Source of the DNA: Spirochaetia bacterium
Lineage (GTDB): Bacteria > Spirochaetota > Spirochaetia > DSM-2461
NCBI GenBank assembly: GCA_963666985.2
Contig: CAXXIA010000002.1
Location: 2,624,001-2,688,000, forward strand
Direction: 5' to 3'
DNA: 64,000 nucleotides
The position numbers and the translations under genes were made by a program. Every line of letters begins with the position of its first letter. The stretch's first letter is position 1. Shown here one piece after another: positions 28,446 through 38,606 of this stretch. A model generated the notes under the pieces. That model was not told the origin of the DNA, did no database searches, and saw nothing but the letters and a program-made list of their open reading frames with translations.

Positions 28446-30185
28446 GTGCGATTGTCCACCCCTTCTTCCCGTGGTAATCTTTCATCCGTGAATACCTCAC
28501 GTGCATCCGTTCGTTTCGCCGTTAATGTCTGTCTGCTGCTCCTGGGAGCTTTGCTTTTTGCCCTGGGATTTCCGAATTTCATCGCCGATTGGGGATGGGC
28601 GCCGTTTGCCTGGATCAGTTTGATTCCCGTGGTTCTTTTGGTTCGCCGCGTTCCTTTGTGGGCCTCTCCGCTCTGGGGCGCCGCCTATGGGTATGCGACC
28701 TATGCCTTGTTCAATTTCTGGCTGGCGACGTTTAATCCGGTGAGCTTCGTTCTCGTGCCGACGATTTACGCCGGTTGGTTTTTTCTGCTCTTCCCCCTTC
28801 TGTCTCTAGTCGACAGAGCTTTCCCCCGATGGGGATGGGCCGCGCAGCTGCTCACCTGGGGAGCTTTCGAGGTGGTGAGGACGAAGGGGTTCATCGGATA
28901 TTCCTACGGGATTATCGGATACAGTCAGTACGGCTGGAGAAGCCTGATTTCCATTGCGGATATCTTCGGCGTGATGGGCGTGAGCATGCTGGTGGCCTTT
29001 CCGTCTTTCCTGATCGGAGGATGGCTTCTCGATTCGGGCTTTCTCGCCGTTTCCGGGAATGGTGTTTCCGGGGACATGGAATCGGCCGGGAGTTGGAATC
29101 GGCCCGATCGCCGATGGACGATTCCGGCGGCGGTGTGGGGCGTGCTGATGATCGCGGCCAATATCTACGGGGCGGCATCGAAAGTCGATTATTCGGAGGC
29201 TCCGATTTGGCGGCCCGCTTTGGTGCAGCACAACGTCAACACTTGGCTGACCGGCATCGAGGCCTGGCGTTTGGCCCTTGATGTTCTTCTGGAAGAGAGC
29301 GAGGCGGCCCTGGAGGGAAATCCGGATGCGATTATTTGGTCGGAAACGGCGTTCGTACCGTCGATTGAATGGCACGAGAAGTATCGCCGCGACCGGGATA
29401 GGGTGGAGCTTATCCACAAGCTGAAGGGTTTTCTCGTGAAGCAGGACATTCCGGTGATTCTCGGGAATAACGATTCGGTCCGGGACGGAGGGAAGAAAAC
29501 GGATTACAATGCCGTTCTTCTTTTCGACGGGGCGGATATCGTCGGGAAATATCGCAAAGTACACCTGGTGCCGTTCAGTGAGCATTTCCCGTATGCCGAC
29601 ATTTTTCCCCGGCTCATGGAATACATTCAATCTCAGGGAACGCCGCTGTACGGGAAGGGAACCGAATACACGGTTTTCGATTTGGAAAAATGGAACGGGC
29701 CCAAGGTGAGTCCGCTTATCTGTTTTGAAGATACGTTTGGCGACTTGGCGCGGAATTTCGTCGGAGAAGGGGCCGAGGTTCTGGTGAATATTACAAATGA
29801 TTCCTGGAGTCCTGAACCGGCTTGTGCCATTCAGCATCAGAACATGGCGATTTTTCGGTCCGTGGAGAACCGGCGGAGCATGGTTCGCGCCACCAATGCG
29901 GGTTTAACCTGTGTTATCGATCCCAACGGCAAGGTGCTGGAGAAGCTGGATCCTTTTACAAAGGGTTATTTGCAGGCGGAGGTGCCGGTTTATGCCGAAC
30001 GGACCACGCTTTATAATCGATGGGGCGATTGGTTTGAAAAGGTTTTGATTATTCTGGCCGTTCCGGTTTGGGCGGCGGGATTGGTTCTGGTGATGATGAG
30101 GCGCCGTATGTTTCGGCGTGAAAAGCCGGCGGACGCCGGGTTAATGGGGAAAGCCGGGACGGCGAAGAGCGGCCGCGGGAAATAA
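28446..30185 (+). CDS. lnt: apolipoprotein N-acyltransferase
   Basis: N-terminal TMs, WSET, YRKVHLVPFSE, ICFED, NITNDSW, RATNAG. Start is uncertain (GTG 28488 is an alternative). Confidence 0.92.
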   Translation: MRLSTPSSRGNLSSVNTSRASVRFAVNVCLLLLGALLFALGFPNFIADWGWAPFAWISLIPVVLLVRRVPLWASPLWGAAYGYATYALFNFWLATFNPVSFVLVPTIYAGWFFLLFPLLSLVDRAFPRWGWAAQLLTWGAFEVVRTKGFIGYSYGIIGYSQYGWRSLISIADIFGVMGVSMLVAFPSFLIGGWLLDSGFLAVSGNGVSGDMESAGSWNRPDRRWTIPAAVWGVLMIAANIYGAASKVDYSEAPIWRPALVQHNVNTWLTGIEAWRLALDVLLEESEAALEGNPDAIIWSETAFVPSIEWHEKYRRDRDRVELIHKLKGFLVKQDIPVILGNNDSVRDGGKKTDYNAVLLFDGADIVGKYRKVHLVPFSEHFPYADIFPRLMEYIQSQGTPLYGKGTEYTVFDLEKWNGPKVSPLICFEDTFGDLARNFVGEGAEVLVNITNDSWSPEPACAIQHQNMAIFRSVENRRSMVRATNAGLTCVIDPNGKVLEKLDPFTKGYLQAEVPVYAERTTLYNRWGDWFEKVLIILAVPVWAAGLVLVMMRRRMFRREKPADAGLMGKAGTAKSGRGK

Positions 30186-30321
30186 CGGCCGTGGGAAGAA
30201 CCGCCGGCCGATAAACGCCGCATACGGTGAGAATGAGGTTTGTTAAGGCGGTTTTTCGCTGCGGAGTAACCGTCTGCTGCCGGAAGGCCCGCCTTTTGGA
30301 CCATAACCGGCGTGCACTATT

Positions 30322-30462
30322 GCGGCGGATTGTTGCCATGGCGGCGGCCGGATTACCGCGGCGGACGACAGCGGCCTGTTCTGGTGGGTTTTTGTGGTGG
30401 GTTGTTGCCATGGCGGCTGACGACAGCGGCCTGTGGCGGCGGATTGTTGCCATGGCGGCGGC
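30322..30462. repeat. imperfect GC-rich tandem repeats in lnt-pepD intergenic region
   Basis: TTGTTGCCATGGCGGC at 30330, 30402, 30444; GACGACAGCGGCCTGT at 30364, 30419. Confidence 0.8.
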
Positions 30463-30554
30463 GGATTATGACCGCGGATCCCCGCTGCCGAGGCGGTTAT
30501 CCGGGAGAAAACCCGGAAGAAAAAATCCGGAACAAAGAGAAAAAGGAGCGGTAT

Positions 30555-32006
30555 ATGACCGATCAATCGATAGAACGGGTCCTCTCCATAATGGATGAGA
30601 TCAATCAAGTTCCCCGGCAGTCTCTCCATTTGGAAAAGATTCATCCCTGGCTCATGGAATGGGGACGTTCTCATGGATTTGAGACAACCACCGATGGGGT
30701 TCTGAATATCTTGATGCGCGTTCCCGCCACACCGGGATTCGAGAAGGCGCCGACGATTGTGCTCCAGGGGCACATGGATATGGTCTGCGAGAAGCGGCCC
30801 GACACGGAGCATGATTTTCAGAACGATCCGATTGTTTCCTACCGCGACGGGGAATGGCTGAGAGCCCGCGGAACCAGTCTCGGAGCCGATAATGCCATAG
30901 CCCTGGCGCTGTTTTTTGATCTGATCACCGACCCGGAAGCTCGGCATCCGGCGCTTGAAATTCTGATTACCTCCGATGAAGAAACCGGACTGGTGGGCGC
31001 ACAGGAACTGAGTCCCGATTTTCTCAAAGGGAAGGTTTTGCTGAACGTCGACTCGGAGGATGAGGGTGTTTTTACCATCGGATGCGCCGGAGGCATGGAT
31101 ACGAATCTTACCTTTCCCGTGGAATACGGGAGCGTTCCGGAAGATTTTCTCAGTTTTTCTCTGGAAGTCGGAGGCCTCGAAGGCGGACACTCGGGTGATG
31201 AAATCAATGAAGGCAGGGCCAATTCCAATGTCCTTATAGCCCGTGTTCTGCGGAACGTGCTCGATGCTCTTCCCGAAGCGCGGATAGGAAAAATAAGCGG
31301 CGGCAGCGCCCATAATGCCATTCCCAGAGAAGCCCGGGCCGTTATTGCCGTTCCGTCCGGCTCGGAGGCGGCCCTTAAGAGTCTTATCGCCGATCTGGAA
31401 GCCGTACTGAAGTCGGAAAATGCCGCTGTTGAGAAGAATCTGTTTTTAAAACTCGGAGAGGCGGTTCTCCCTCCCGAAGGACTTTTTGAACCGGCGGCGG
31501 CTTCCCGACTGATTGACGCACTGCGGCTGATTCCTCACGGTGTGAGGCGCATGTCGGCCGAACTCGAAGGAGTTGTGGATACCAGCATGAACTTCGCCGT
31601 TATGAAAACCGAGGGCGGGGCTGTGAAGGTTTTAACCAACCGCCGGAGTTCGGTGATGAGCTACGGAAATGATTTTTCGGCGACCATGTTCGGTCTGGCG
31701 CGGCTCTGCGGAGGCACCTATGAGACCGGGAACTATTACCCTCCTTGGGAACCCGCGGCTTCTTCCGATGTTCTCGAGAGATGCAAGAGTATTTGGAAAG
31801 GCCTTTTCGGTGAGGAACCTCTTGTGGAAGTGACCCATGCCGGACTCGAATGCGGCGCCATCGGCGCGAAATATCCCCAAATGGATTTGATTTCCTTCGG
31901 TCCGACGATTCGGCAGCCTCATTCTCCCGATGAGAGACTGTTCATTCCTTCGGTCGGTCGTCTGCGGACCTTCTTCAGGGAGCTCTTAATCAGTTACGGA
32001 GAGTGA
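30555..32006 (+). CDS. pepD: aminoacyl-histidine dipeptidase (M20C)
   Basis: LQGHMDMVCEK, GTSLGADN, DEETGL, NVDSE, GGHSG, HAGLECG. RBS AAGGAG before ATG 30555. Confidence 0.92.
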   Translation: MTDQSIERVLSIMDEINQVPRQSLHLEKIHPWLMEWGRSHGFETTTDGVLNILMRVPATPGFEKAPTIVLQGHMDMVCEKRPDTEHDFQNDPIVSYRDGEWLRARGTSLGADNAIALALFFDLITDPEARHPALEILITSDEETGLVGAQELSPDFLKGKVLLNVDSEDEGVFTIGCAGGMDTNLTFPVEYGSVPEDFLSFSLEVGGLEGGHSGDEINEGRANSNVLIARVLRNVLDALPEARIGKISGGSAHNAIPREARAVIAVPSGSEAALKSLIADLEAVLKSENAAVEKNLFLKLGEAVLPPEGLFEPAAASRLIDALRLIPHGVRRMSAELEGVVDTSMNFAVMKTEGGAVKVLTNRRSSVMSYGNDFSATMFGLARLCGGTYETGNYYPPWEPAASSDVLERCKSIWKGLFGEEPLVEVTHAGLECGAIGAKYPQMDLISFGPTIRQPHSPDERLFIPSVGRLRTFFRELLISYGE

Positions 32007-32106
32007 GGGCGGGAGGAGAATTCCGGCCGGCGATGTTCCGGTTCGGCGGGATTCTCCTTAACAAAGGCCCTACACCCGACGTCTCTTCCAAGATATCATA
32101 ATCCTC

Positions 32107-33585
32107 ATGACTCTCCTTTGGTACGATTTGGAAACCTTCGGCCGTAATCCTCGCTTCGACCGCATCGCCCAGTTTGCCGCGCTGCGGACCGACGATGCTT
32201 TTCGGCCGCTTGAAGATCCCGTCGTTCTTTACGGAAAGCTCAGTCCCGACTATCTCCCCGATCCTCTGGCCTGCCTGATAACCGGCATTACCCCCCAGGA
32301 CGCCAACGCAAGGGGGATGGTGGAAGCCGAGCTCGTTCGGGCCATGGATGCGTATCTCTCACGTCCCGGAACCTGCGCTTTGGGCTACAACAGCATCGCC
32401 TTCGACGATGAGTTCGTTCGGAACCTTTATTACCGGAATTTTTTCGATCCCTACCGCCGAGAATGGGCCGACGGGAATTCGCGCTGGGACATCCTCGATT
32501 TGGTCAGGGCGACACGGGACTTGCGTCCCGAGGGCATCGAGTGGCCCGTAACCGAGGAAGGAAAGCCGTCGGTTAAACTCGAACTGCTCACGGCGGCGAA
32601 CGGTTTATCCCATGAACACGCGCACGATGCCCTTTCCGATGTTTACGCCACAGCCGCCGTGGCGAAACTGATTCATGGGAAACAGCCGAAACTCTTTGAA
32701 TGGGCCTTCCGGCATCGAACGAAAGATCGGGCCCGAACGCTGATCGATTTGGCCGAACGAACGCCCCTGGTTCATACCTCGTCAAGCTATTACAGCGAAA
32801 AGGGCAGTACCACGCTTGTCTGTCCGCTGGTAACCGATCCCGAGCGCCGCAATGTCGTTTACGCCTTCGATCTTCGTTTTAATCCCGAGCCGCTGCTGAC
32901 TCTTCCCGAGGATGAAATCCGCCGCCGTATTTTTACCTCTTCGGCCGAATTGGCCGCCGACGATGTTGAACGGATACCCCTGAAAGGGATTGCGATGAAT
33001 AAGGCGCCCTTTCTGGCTCCCCGGTCGGTTCTTACCGCGGATGCCGCCGCCCGGCTGGGCATCGACATATCGGCGGCCTCGGAACATTGGGAACGGCTGC
33101 GGCGAGACACGGGAATCGTTGCCAAGCTGAGACGCGTTTTTTCACAGCAGCCCGACTGGGGCTCCGTGGACGATCCCGATCTTCAGATTTACGACCGCTT
33201 TTTCCCCGATGAAGACCGTGCCGTTCTGGAGGAGATTCGAAAGACTCCTCCGGAGGAATTGGCCGATTTGCGTCCTCAAGCCAAAGATCCCCGAATCCCC
33301 GAAATGCTTCGGCGCTACAGAGGGCGGAACTGGCCCGAAACGCTGAATAAAGAGGAGAAGGAACGCTGGCGGAGTTTTTGCGCTTCGCGCATTCTTTTTC
33401 CGCCGATACCCGATGCTTCGGATTTGGGAGAGTATCGAAAACGGCTGGAAGCATGGAGAAACAGTGATGAACTGGAGGCGGCTAAAAAACCCGTCATAAA
33501 AGCTTTGGAAGAGTACGGAGATATCCTGGAAGCCGAGGTGCTCACCGAATCCGGCGGTTACAGTTCATCGGACGAAAGGCGTTAA
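32107..33585 (+). CDS. sbcB: exodeoxyribonuclease I
   Basis: YDLETFG, DRIAQFA, GYNSIAFDDE, AHDALSDV, RYRGRNWP. Confidence 0.92.
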   Translation: MTLLWYDLETFGRNPRFDRIAQFAALRTDDAFRPLEDPVVLYGKLSPDYLPDPLACLITGITPQDANARGMVEAELVRAMDAYLSRPGTCALGYNSIAFDDEFVRNLYYRNFFDPYRREWADGNSRWDILDLVRATRDLRPEGIEWPVTEEGKPSVKLELLTAANGLSHEHAHDALSDVYATAAVAKLIHGKQPKLFEWAFRHRTKDRARTLIDLAERTPLVHTSSSYYSEKGSTTLVCPLVTDPERRNVVYAFDLRFNPEPLLTLPEDEIRRRIFTSSAELAADDVERIPLKGIAMNKAPFLAPRSVLTADAAARLGIDISAASEHWERLRRDTGIVAKLRRVFSQQPDWGSVDDPDLQIYDRFFPDEDRAVLEEIRKTPPEELADLRPQAKDPRIPEMLRRYRGRNWPETLNKEEKERWRSFCASRILFPPIPDASDLGEYRKRLEAWRNSDELEAAKKPVIKALEEYGDILEAEVLTESGGYSSSDERR

Positions 33586-33621
33586 GCTCCATAAAAGCCG
33601 CGGTATAAAAAGATCTAAAGT

Positions 33622-33635
33622 AATAGCATGCTATT
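33622..33635. promoter_or_regulatory. perfect palindrome AATAGCATGCTATT, candidate MarR operator
   Basis: 14-bp palindrome about 55 bp upstream of the MarR gene; autoregulation is inferred. Confidence 0.55.
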
Positions 33636-33689
33636 GATATGTTGTTTTGAATCTGATATGAAGTATCCGGCTGGAGATAAAGTCCGGTG

Positions 33690-34121
33690 ATGGATCACAA
33701 ACCCACAGGATATCTGCTGAAGCAGATTCACGACGCACTTGAGAAGAAGGCCAACAACGATTTGCGGTCCATGGATTTAACCATGTCCCAGCTTGAGGTT
33801 CTGCTGCTTCTTGATGAGGTTCGGGATAAATCACTTCCTTTGAAAGAGTTGGAAAATAGACTCGGAGTCTCGCAGCCTACCGCCGCGGGAATTGTCAAAA
33901 GAATGGAATTAAAAGGGTTCGTCGAAAGCCGCGGGGAAGAAAGAGACAGACGCATTAAAGTTATTCGACTGACTCCGCGGGGAGTGAAACTCAGTTCTTC
34001 AGCCAAAAGCAATATCGGCGGTGTCGACGATTTAATGTTTGAGGGTTTGACCCAAGAAGAGCTGTCCGTATTTCACCGCATCCTTTTCCATATTCGCGGC
34101 AATCTGGAGAAAGATTCATAA
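33690..34121 (+). CDS. MarR-family transcriptional regulator
   Basis: LTMSQLEVL, VSQPTAAGIVKRMELKGFV, DRRIKVIRLT. Confidence 0.9.
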   Translation: MDHKPTGYLLKQIHDALEKKANNDLRSMDLTMSQLEVLLLLDEVRDKSLPLKELENRLGVSQPTAAGIVKRMELKGFVESRGEERDRRIKVIRLTPRGVKLSSSAKSNIGGVDDLMFEGLTQEELSVFHRILFHIRGNLEKDS

Positions 34122-34171
34122 TTAAGAATCATACTTGAGGGATTCGGCCGCTCTCGAAAATAAGGCGCACA

Positions 34172-35566
34172 ATGGATAAATCAAATGAAAAATTAGCCGT
34201 ATTCAGTACGATGCCCGTACCGCAGGCCGTTATGAAAAATGTTCTTCCGGCGGTTGCTGCCATGATTATGGTGCTCATTTACAACCTCGCGGATACGTTC
34301 TTCATCGGTCAAACCCATGATGATTTTCAAGTCGCGGCCGTGTCGCTGGCCACTCCTGTTTTTTTACTTTTCATGTCGCTCGGCAATGTGTTCGGGATTG
34401 GAGGCACCTCCGTTATTTCTCGCGCGCTGGGCGAGAGGCGAGGAGAGTTCGCGCGAAAGGTCTCCGCTTTTTGCGCGTGGGCTTCAATCGGTACGGGCGT
34501 TATCGCTTCGCTTCTGATGGCCGTATTTTTAGATAAGGTGCTCTCTCTTATCGGGGCGAGTGATGAAACTTGGGATTTTGTAAAAAGTTATCTTTCAATA
34601 GTACTGATAAGCGGACCCTTTGTTCTTTTCGCCACATGTTTTTCCAACATCCTTCGAGCCGAAGGGCAATCGAACAAGGCGATGATGGGATCGCTCATCG
34701 GAAACGTGCTGAATATTATCCTGGATCCGATAATGATTTTATCGTTCGATTGGGGTATCGCGGGCGCGGCCGTCGCAACCGTAATCGGGAATGTCTTTGC
34801 GGCCTCCTATTATCTTTTCTATTTCCTCAAGAAAAAATCCATACTCAGCATCGGTATTCGTGATTTCTCCCTGAAAAAAGATGTCTTCGAAGGAGTTTTG
34901 ACTATCGGAATCCCGGCCGCATTGGGATCGCTGCTGATGAGCGTGTCTCAAATCGTCATGAACAGTTTGATGGCCTCGTACGGAGATATGGAAATCGCGG
35001 CGGTGGGCGTGGCCATGAAAGTCACCATGATTACCGGTATGATTTCCATCGGCCTTGGGCAGGGGGTTCAGCCGCTTCTCGGATATTCTTTCGGTGCAAG
35101 AAACTTGGACCGATATCGAAACATCCTGCGTTTTTCAGTCGTTCTCGCGTTTCTGATCGGCGTAAGTCTGACTCTTATTTGTTTGGGATTTACCCACCAA
35201 ATTGTCGGAGTATTTCTCACGGAGAAGAAAGCCATGAAATTCGGTGTTGAATTCACGCATATTTTACTCACGACAAGTTCTTTATTCGGCGTTTTCTATG
35301 TTTTGGTAAACGCTTTGCAGGCGATCGGAGCCGCGAAGGCGTCTCTGCTGATTAATTTGAGCCGCCAGGGCATTCTCTATATTCCGGCTCTGTTTATCCT
35401 GCGTTCGCTCTTGAATGTTCAAGGATTGATTTGGGCGCAGCCTTTGGTGGATGTTCTTTCGATCATCATCGCCGCCGTACTCTATGCTTCGACAATAAAC
35501 GGCTATAAAACACGTTTGGAATATCAACAGGCGGAGAATAAACACCCGGCAGCCGGAACATCATGA
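34172..35566 (+). CDS. MATE-family efflux transporter (MepA-like)
   Basis: YNLADTFFIG, LNIILDP, GIAGAAVAT, QPLLGYSFGA, about 12 TMs. Confidence 0.93.
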   Translation: MDKSNEKLAVFSTMPVPQAVMKNVLPAVAAMIMVLIYNLADTFFIGQTHDDFQVAAVSLATPVFLLFMSLGNVFGIGGTSVISRALGERRGEFARKVSAFCAWASIGTGVIASLLMAVFLDKVLSLIGASDETWDFVKSYLSIVLISGPFVLFATCFSNILRAEGQSNKAMMGSLIGNVLNIILDPIMILSFDWGIAGAAVATVIGNVFAASYYLFYFLKKKSILSIGIRDFSLKKDVFEGVLTIGIPAALGSLLMSVSQIVMNSLMASYGDMEIAAVGVAMKVTMITGMISIGLGQGVQPLLGYSFGARNLDRYRNILRFSVVLAFLIGVSLTLICLGFTHQIVGVFLTEKKAMKFGVEFTHILLTTSSLFGVFYVLVNALQAIGAAKASLLINLSRQGILYIPALFILRSLLNVQGLIWAQPLVDVLSIIIAAVLYASTINGYKTRLEYQQAENKHPAAGTS

Positions 35567-35622
35567 GCATTTCGAGAATCGCCGGAGATTCAATGCGAAA
35601 GGTGTATCTTCAAAGAGGCTTT

Positions 35623-36117
35623 TTATCGAATATTTTTAAACAGTTGATTTTCTTTTAGGCTGAAATTGACTTCAAAGATCCCTTTGGTTACTCGAAAGGG
35701 AAGGGTAATCACGGGTGTGTTCTGGGGCCAAGCGATACTGTGATTTTTTCCTTGGATAACGAGAGGAACCGTAATATCCAAATCGTATTGATTGATTTTT
35801 CCTACGGTTTTTCCCGCGATCATATTGATGATTTCGCCTACCATGCTGTTGATCATATCGCTTTTTTCATCTTCATTTTCGTCATCATAAAGGATCTTAC
35901 TGGCTTTCAGAATTTTCTCCACAAGTATTTGGGTAAGACGGAGAGCGATAACTCCGTCGGCGGCACCGACAATACCGATAACTCCGGAAATATCCCAGCG
36001 ATGGGCTGCAAAGCGTTCAAGAATTACCGGTTTTCCGGCTGTCGGTGTTTCGCCGATTAAGGATTCAAAAATCTCAAGGGTTGAATCCAAAAAAGGATTA
36101 ATATGGTTCGCATTCAT
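35623..36117 (-). CDS. cheX: chemotaxis phosphatase CheX
   Basis: INPFLDS, DISGVIGIVG, GEIINMIAG, DITVPLVIQG. Confidence 0.88.
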   Translation of the reverse strand: MNANHINPFLDSTLEIFESLIGETPTAGKPVILERFAAHRWDISGVIGIVGAADGVIALRLTQILVEKILKASKILYDDENEDEKSDMINSMVGEIINMIAGKTVGKINQYDLDITVPLVIQGKNHSIAWPQNTPVITLPFRVTKGIFEVNFSLKENQLFKNIR

Positions 36118-36206
36118 CTGAAATCCTATAAATATTGTACCTCAAGTTTTGAAAATGCATATAGCGAATTCAAGATTAACGGTTCGGCACAGGTAAATCC
36201 GTATGA

Positions 36207-36361
36207 GGCCGAATGTCGAGCTTCCTCTTCTTTAAAGGCAATTGTAGGGCTCTCCGCTCAAATGGCTTTATTTCTTATTTTTTCATCTTATTCGATGCTT
36301 CGACAGGCCGAAACCGCTGCTGTCCGGGCTGTAGGCAAGCTGAAAAGCTCGACATTCGGCC
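36207..36361. mobile_element. 155-bp MITE-like element with perfect 17-bp terminal inverted repeats
   Basis: GGCCGAATGTCGAGCTT (36207-36223) and AAGCTCGACATTCGGCC (36345-36361); no credible ORF. Confidence 0.6.
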
Positions 36362-36389
36362 GATTTAAAACGCGGTTATTCAGCAGTCG

Positions 36390-37169
36390 TTAGGCAGTCA
36401 TGCCGCCGTCCACGGGAATGAGGATGCCGGTAAGGTATGCGGAAGCCTCCGTTACCAGAAAAAGAACGGCGCGGGCCACATCGTCCACCTCGCCGTAACG
36501 GCGCATGGGAATGGATTTGAGGACGTATTCGGCGTTCTTCTCATTCTCCAGCATGGGTTTAATCATATCCGTATTGATATACCCCGGAGCCACGGCGTTC
36601 ACGCTGATATTATAGCGGGCCCATTCTTTGGCCATGATTTTGGTTAAGTGCACCACGCCCGCCTTAGCCGATCCGTAAACCGAGACGTATTTGGGAGTCA
36701 TGATGCCGGCGGCGGACGCAAGATTCACGATTCGGCCTCCGGTCTTCCGGTCCTTCATGCATTCGGCCACTGCTTGGGAGGTGAAGTAGAGCCCTTTGAG
36801 ATCGACGTTCTGGACGAAGTCCCATTCCTTTTCGGTCACCTCGAAAATCGGTTTTTCCGGAATCGTTACGCCCGCGTTATTCACCAGGATGTCGATTTTT
36901 CCGTATTTCGAGAGAACCGTTTCAACCATCGCTTTTACACTTTCGGATGATGAGACATCGACGGCCGTTCCCGATGCCCGAAGCCCTTCGCTCTTCAGTG
37001 CTTCAGCGGCTTTGTCGCAAACTTCCCGGTTGAGATCCGTAACGACGACATGGGCGCCGGCCGCCGCCATAACACCGGCAATCCGCAGGCCGATGCCCCG
37101 GCCGGCGCCTGTGACGACGGCGATTTTTTCCGAAAGATCGTATGTGGGAACGCTGTTCCTGAAGCTCAT
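36390..37169 (-). CDS. SDR-family oxidoreductase
   Basis: TGAGRGIG, NNAG, YGSAK, VAPGYI. RBS GGAGG before ATG 37169. Confidence 0.92.
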   Translation of the reverse strand: MSFRNSVPTYDLSEKIAVVTGAGRGIGLRIAGVMAAAGAHVVVTDLNREVCDKAAEALKSEGLRASGTAVDVSSSESVKAMVETVLSKYGKIDILVNNAGVTIPEKPIFEVTEKEWDFVQNVDLKGLYFTSQAVAECMKDRKTGGRIVNLASAAGIMTPKYVSVYGSAKAGVVHLTKIMAKEWARYNISVNAVAPGYINTDMIKPMLENEKNAEYVLKSIPMRRYGEVDDVARAVLFLVTEASAYLTGILIPVDGGMTA

Positions 37170-37337
37170 GATGCACCTCCATGGTGTGGTTGTTTCCGCC
37201 GGATACATGCCGCAGCGGTTATGGATTCCGGTTCATGGTTCCGGCGGTCGAAGTCTGTCTCGGGAGTTCCCGGTCCGGCTTCTATGGAATCGCGGCAAAC
37301 AATCGGCTCACCCCGACGGCTTTTTTGCCTTCCGTTT

Positions 37338-38126
37338 TTAATTACAGCAGGTGGCGCCCATGTCGGCGACAAGTGCGGCCCCCGTTATAATGCTGCTTGA
37401 GTCGGAGGCCAGAAAGAGTGCCACGGCCGCCACTTCCCGGGTTTCTCCGAATCGGCGCAGAGGGATTTTTTTCAGGGTTTTCTCTTTGAATTTGGGATCG
37501 TCGAGGTTGGCCGCGTTTAAATCCGTTCGAACATATCCGGGACAGATCGCGTTTACCAGAATCCCGAACTTTCCCCATTCGGCCGCCATGCTTTTGGTCA
37601 GGTTGATAACGGCCGCTTTGCCGGCTCCGTAGGTTGAGAGATAGTAGTTCCCGTTGAGTCCTCCGATCGAGGCCATGTTGATGATTCGGCCCGAACCCCG
37701 CTCTTTCATCACTTCGGCCGCGGCTTGAGAACCGAAATAGACGGAACGAAGATTGGCATCCAGAACTCGGTCGTATTCTTCTTCACTCGTGTCCAGAATC
37801 GACTGCGTAACCGCCGTACCCGCGTTGTTCACCAGGATGTCCAATTGACCGTAGATTCGGATTGTTTCTTTGATGATCTTTGAAAACTCTTCGGGCCTGC
37901 TTACGTCCGTTTGAATCCCGACGGCTTCACCCCCCAATGCGTTTACCTCGGCGGCAACATTGTCGCAGTCATCCCGGTGCCGGCTTGTTATTACAATTTT
38001 GGCCCCGTAGTAGGCGTAGGTCATAACGATGGCGTAGCCCAAACCCTTAGTGCCGCCGGTTACGATGGCGACTTTGCCCGAAAGATCGAAGGTGGGCATT
38101 GGGAAAGGCATCTTATCTTTATTCAC
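37338..38126 (-). CDS. SDR-family oxidoreductase
   Basis: TGGTKGLG, NNAG, YGAGK, ICPGYV. GTG start with RBS GGAGG. Confidence 0.92.
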   Translation of the reverse strand: MNKDKMPFPMPTFDLSGKVAIVTGGTKGLGYAIVMTYAYYGAKIVITSRHRDDCDNVAAEVNALGGEAVGIQTDVSRPEEFSKIIKETIRIYGQLDILVNNAGTAVTQSILDTSEEEYDRVLDANLRSVYFGSQAAAEVMKERGSGRIINMASIGGLNGNYYLSTYGAGKAAVINLTKSMAAEWGKFGILVNAICPGYVRTDLNAANLDDPKFKEKTLKKIPLRRFGETREVAAVALFLASDSSSIITGAALVADMGATCCN

Positions 38127-38606
38127 GGGAAACCTCCGTGCCGAATGCGGGTGGCGCTTTTTCGACAGCTGAATTGAGATTATCGTGCCTGGAGAAATGG
38201 ATCAATCACACCCCGAATCGCTTGTGCGGGCGGCATCGTAATCATCATCCCCGATGCCGCCGGCGTCCTGTGCGCGTGAATCATCCCGGTTTTCCCGGAT
38301 ATGCATCGCTTCCCGCCGTCCGTGTTTTCATCGGCGCGGGTGAGGTTTGAATTTTACCGAACGGCGGCCAGAGGGAAATCCCGGATGGAATTCGGTTTTT
38401 GCCGAATGTCGGAAGACTCTGTCGGCGAATCCGCGTATGCGGGTGCGCCGACCGCTGGTTTGATACAAGGACAAAAAAACCAAAATCGGTATACTGAAAC
38501 GGAGGCCCTTCGCCGGTGCCGGAGTATCGGAAAGAATTTCTATGCTTCAATAAATAGCTTTTTGGTAGTATTTTCTAAATCTGCTGAATTCCCCAAGGAG
38601 GAAGAT

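Noticed and set aside
30312..30554. N-terminal extension of PepD in the ORF track
   Set aside because: It is translation of intergenic tandem repeats; a good RBS and family-typical start lie at 30555.
38301..38606. N-terminal extensions of the ADH (similarly for SBP 4219, trpB2 44858, M20 52984, DUF2156 56069)
   Set aside because: Downstream starts match the family N-termini and mostly have clear RBSs.
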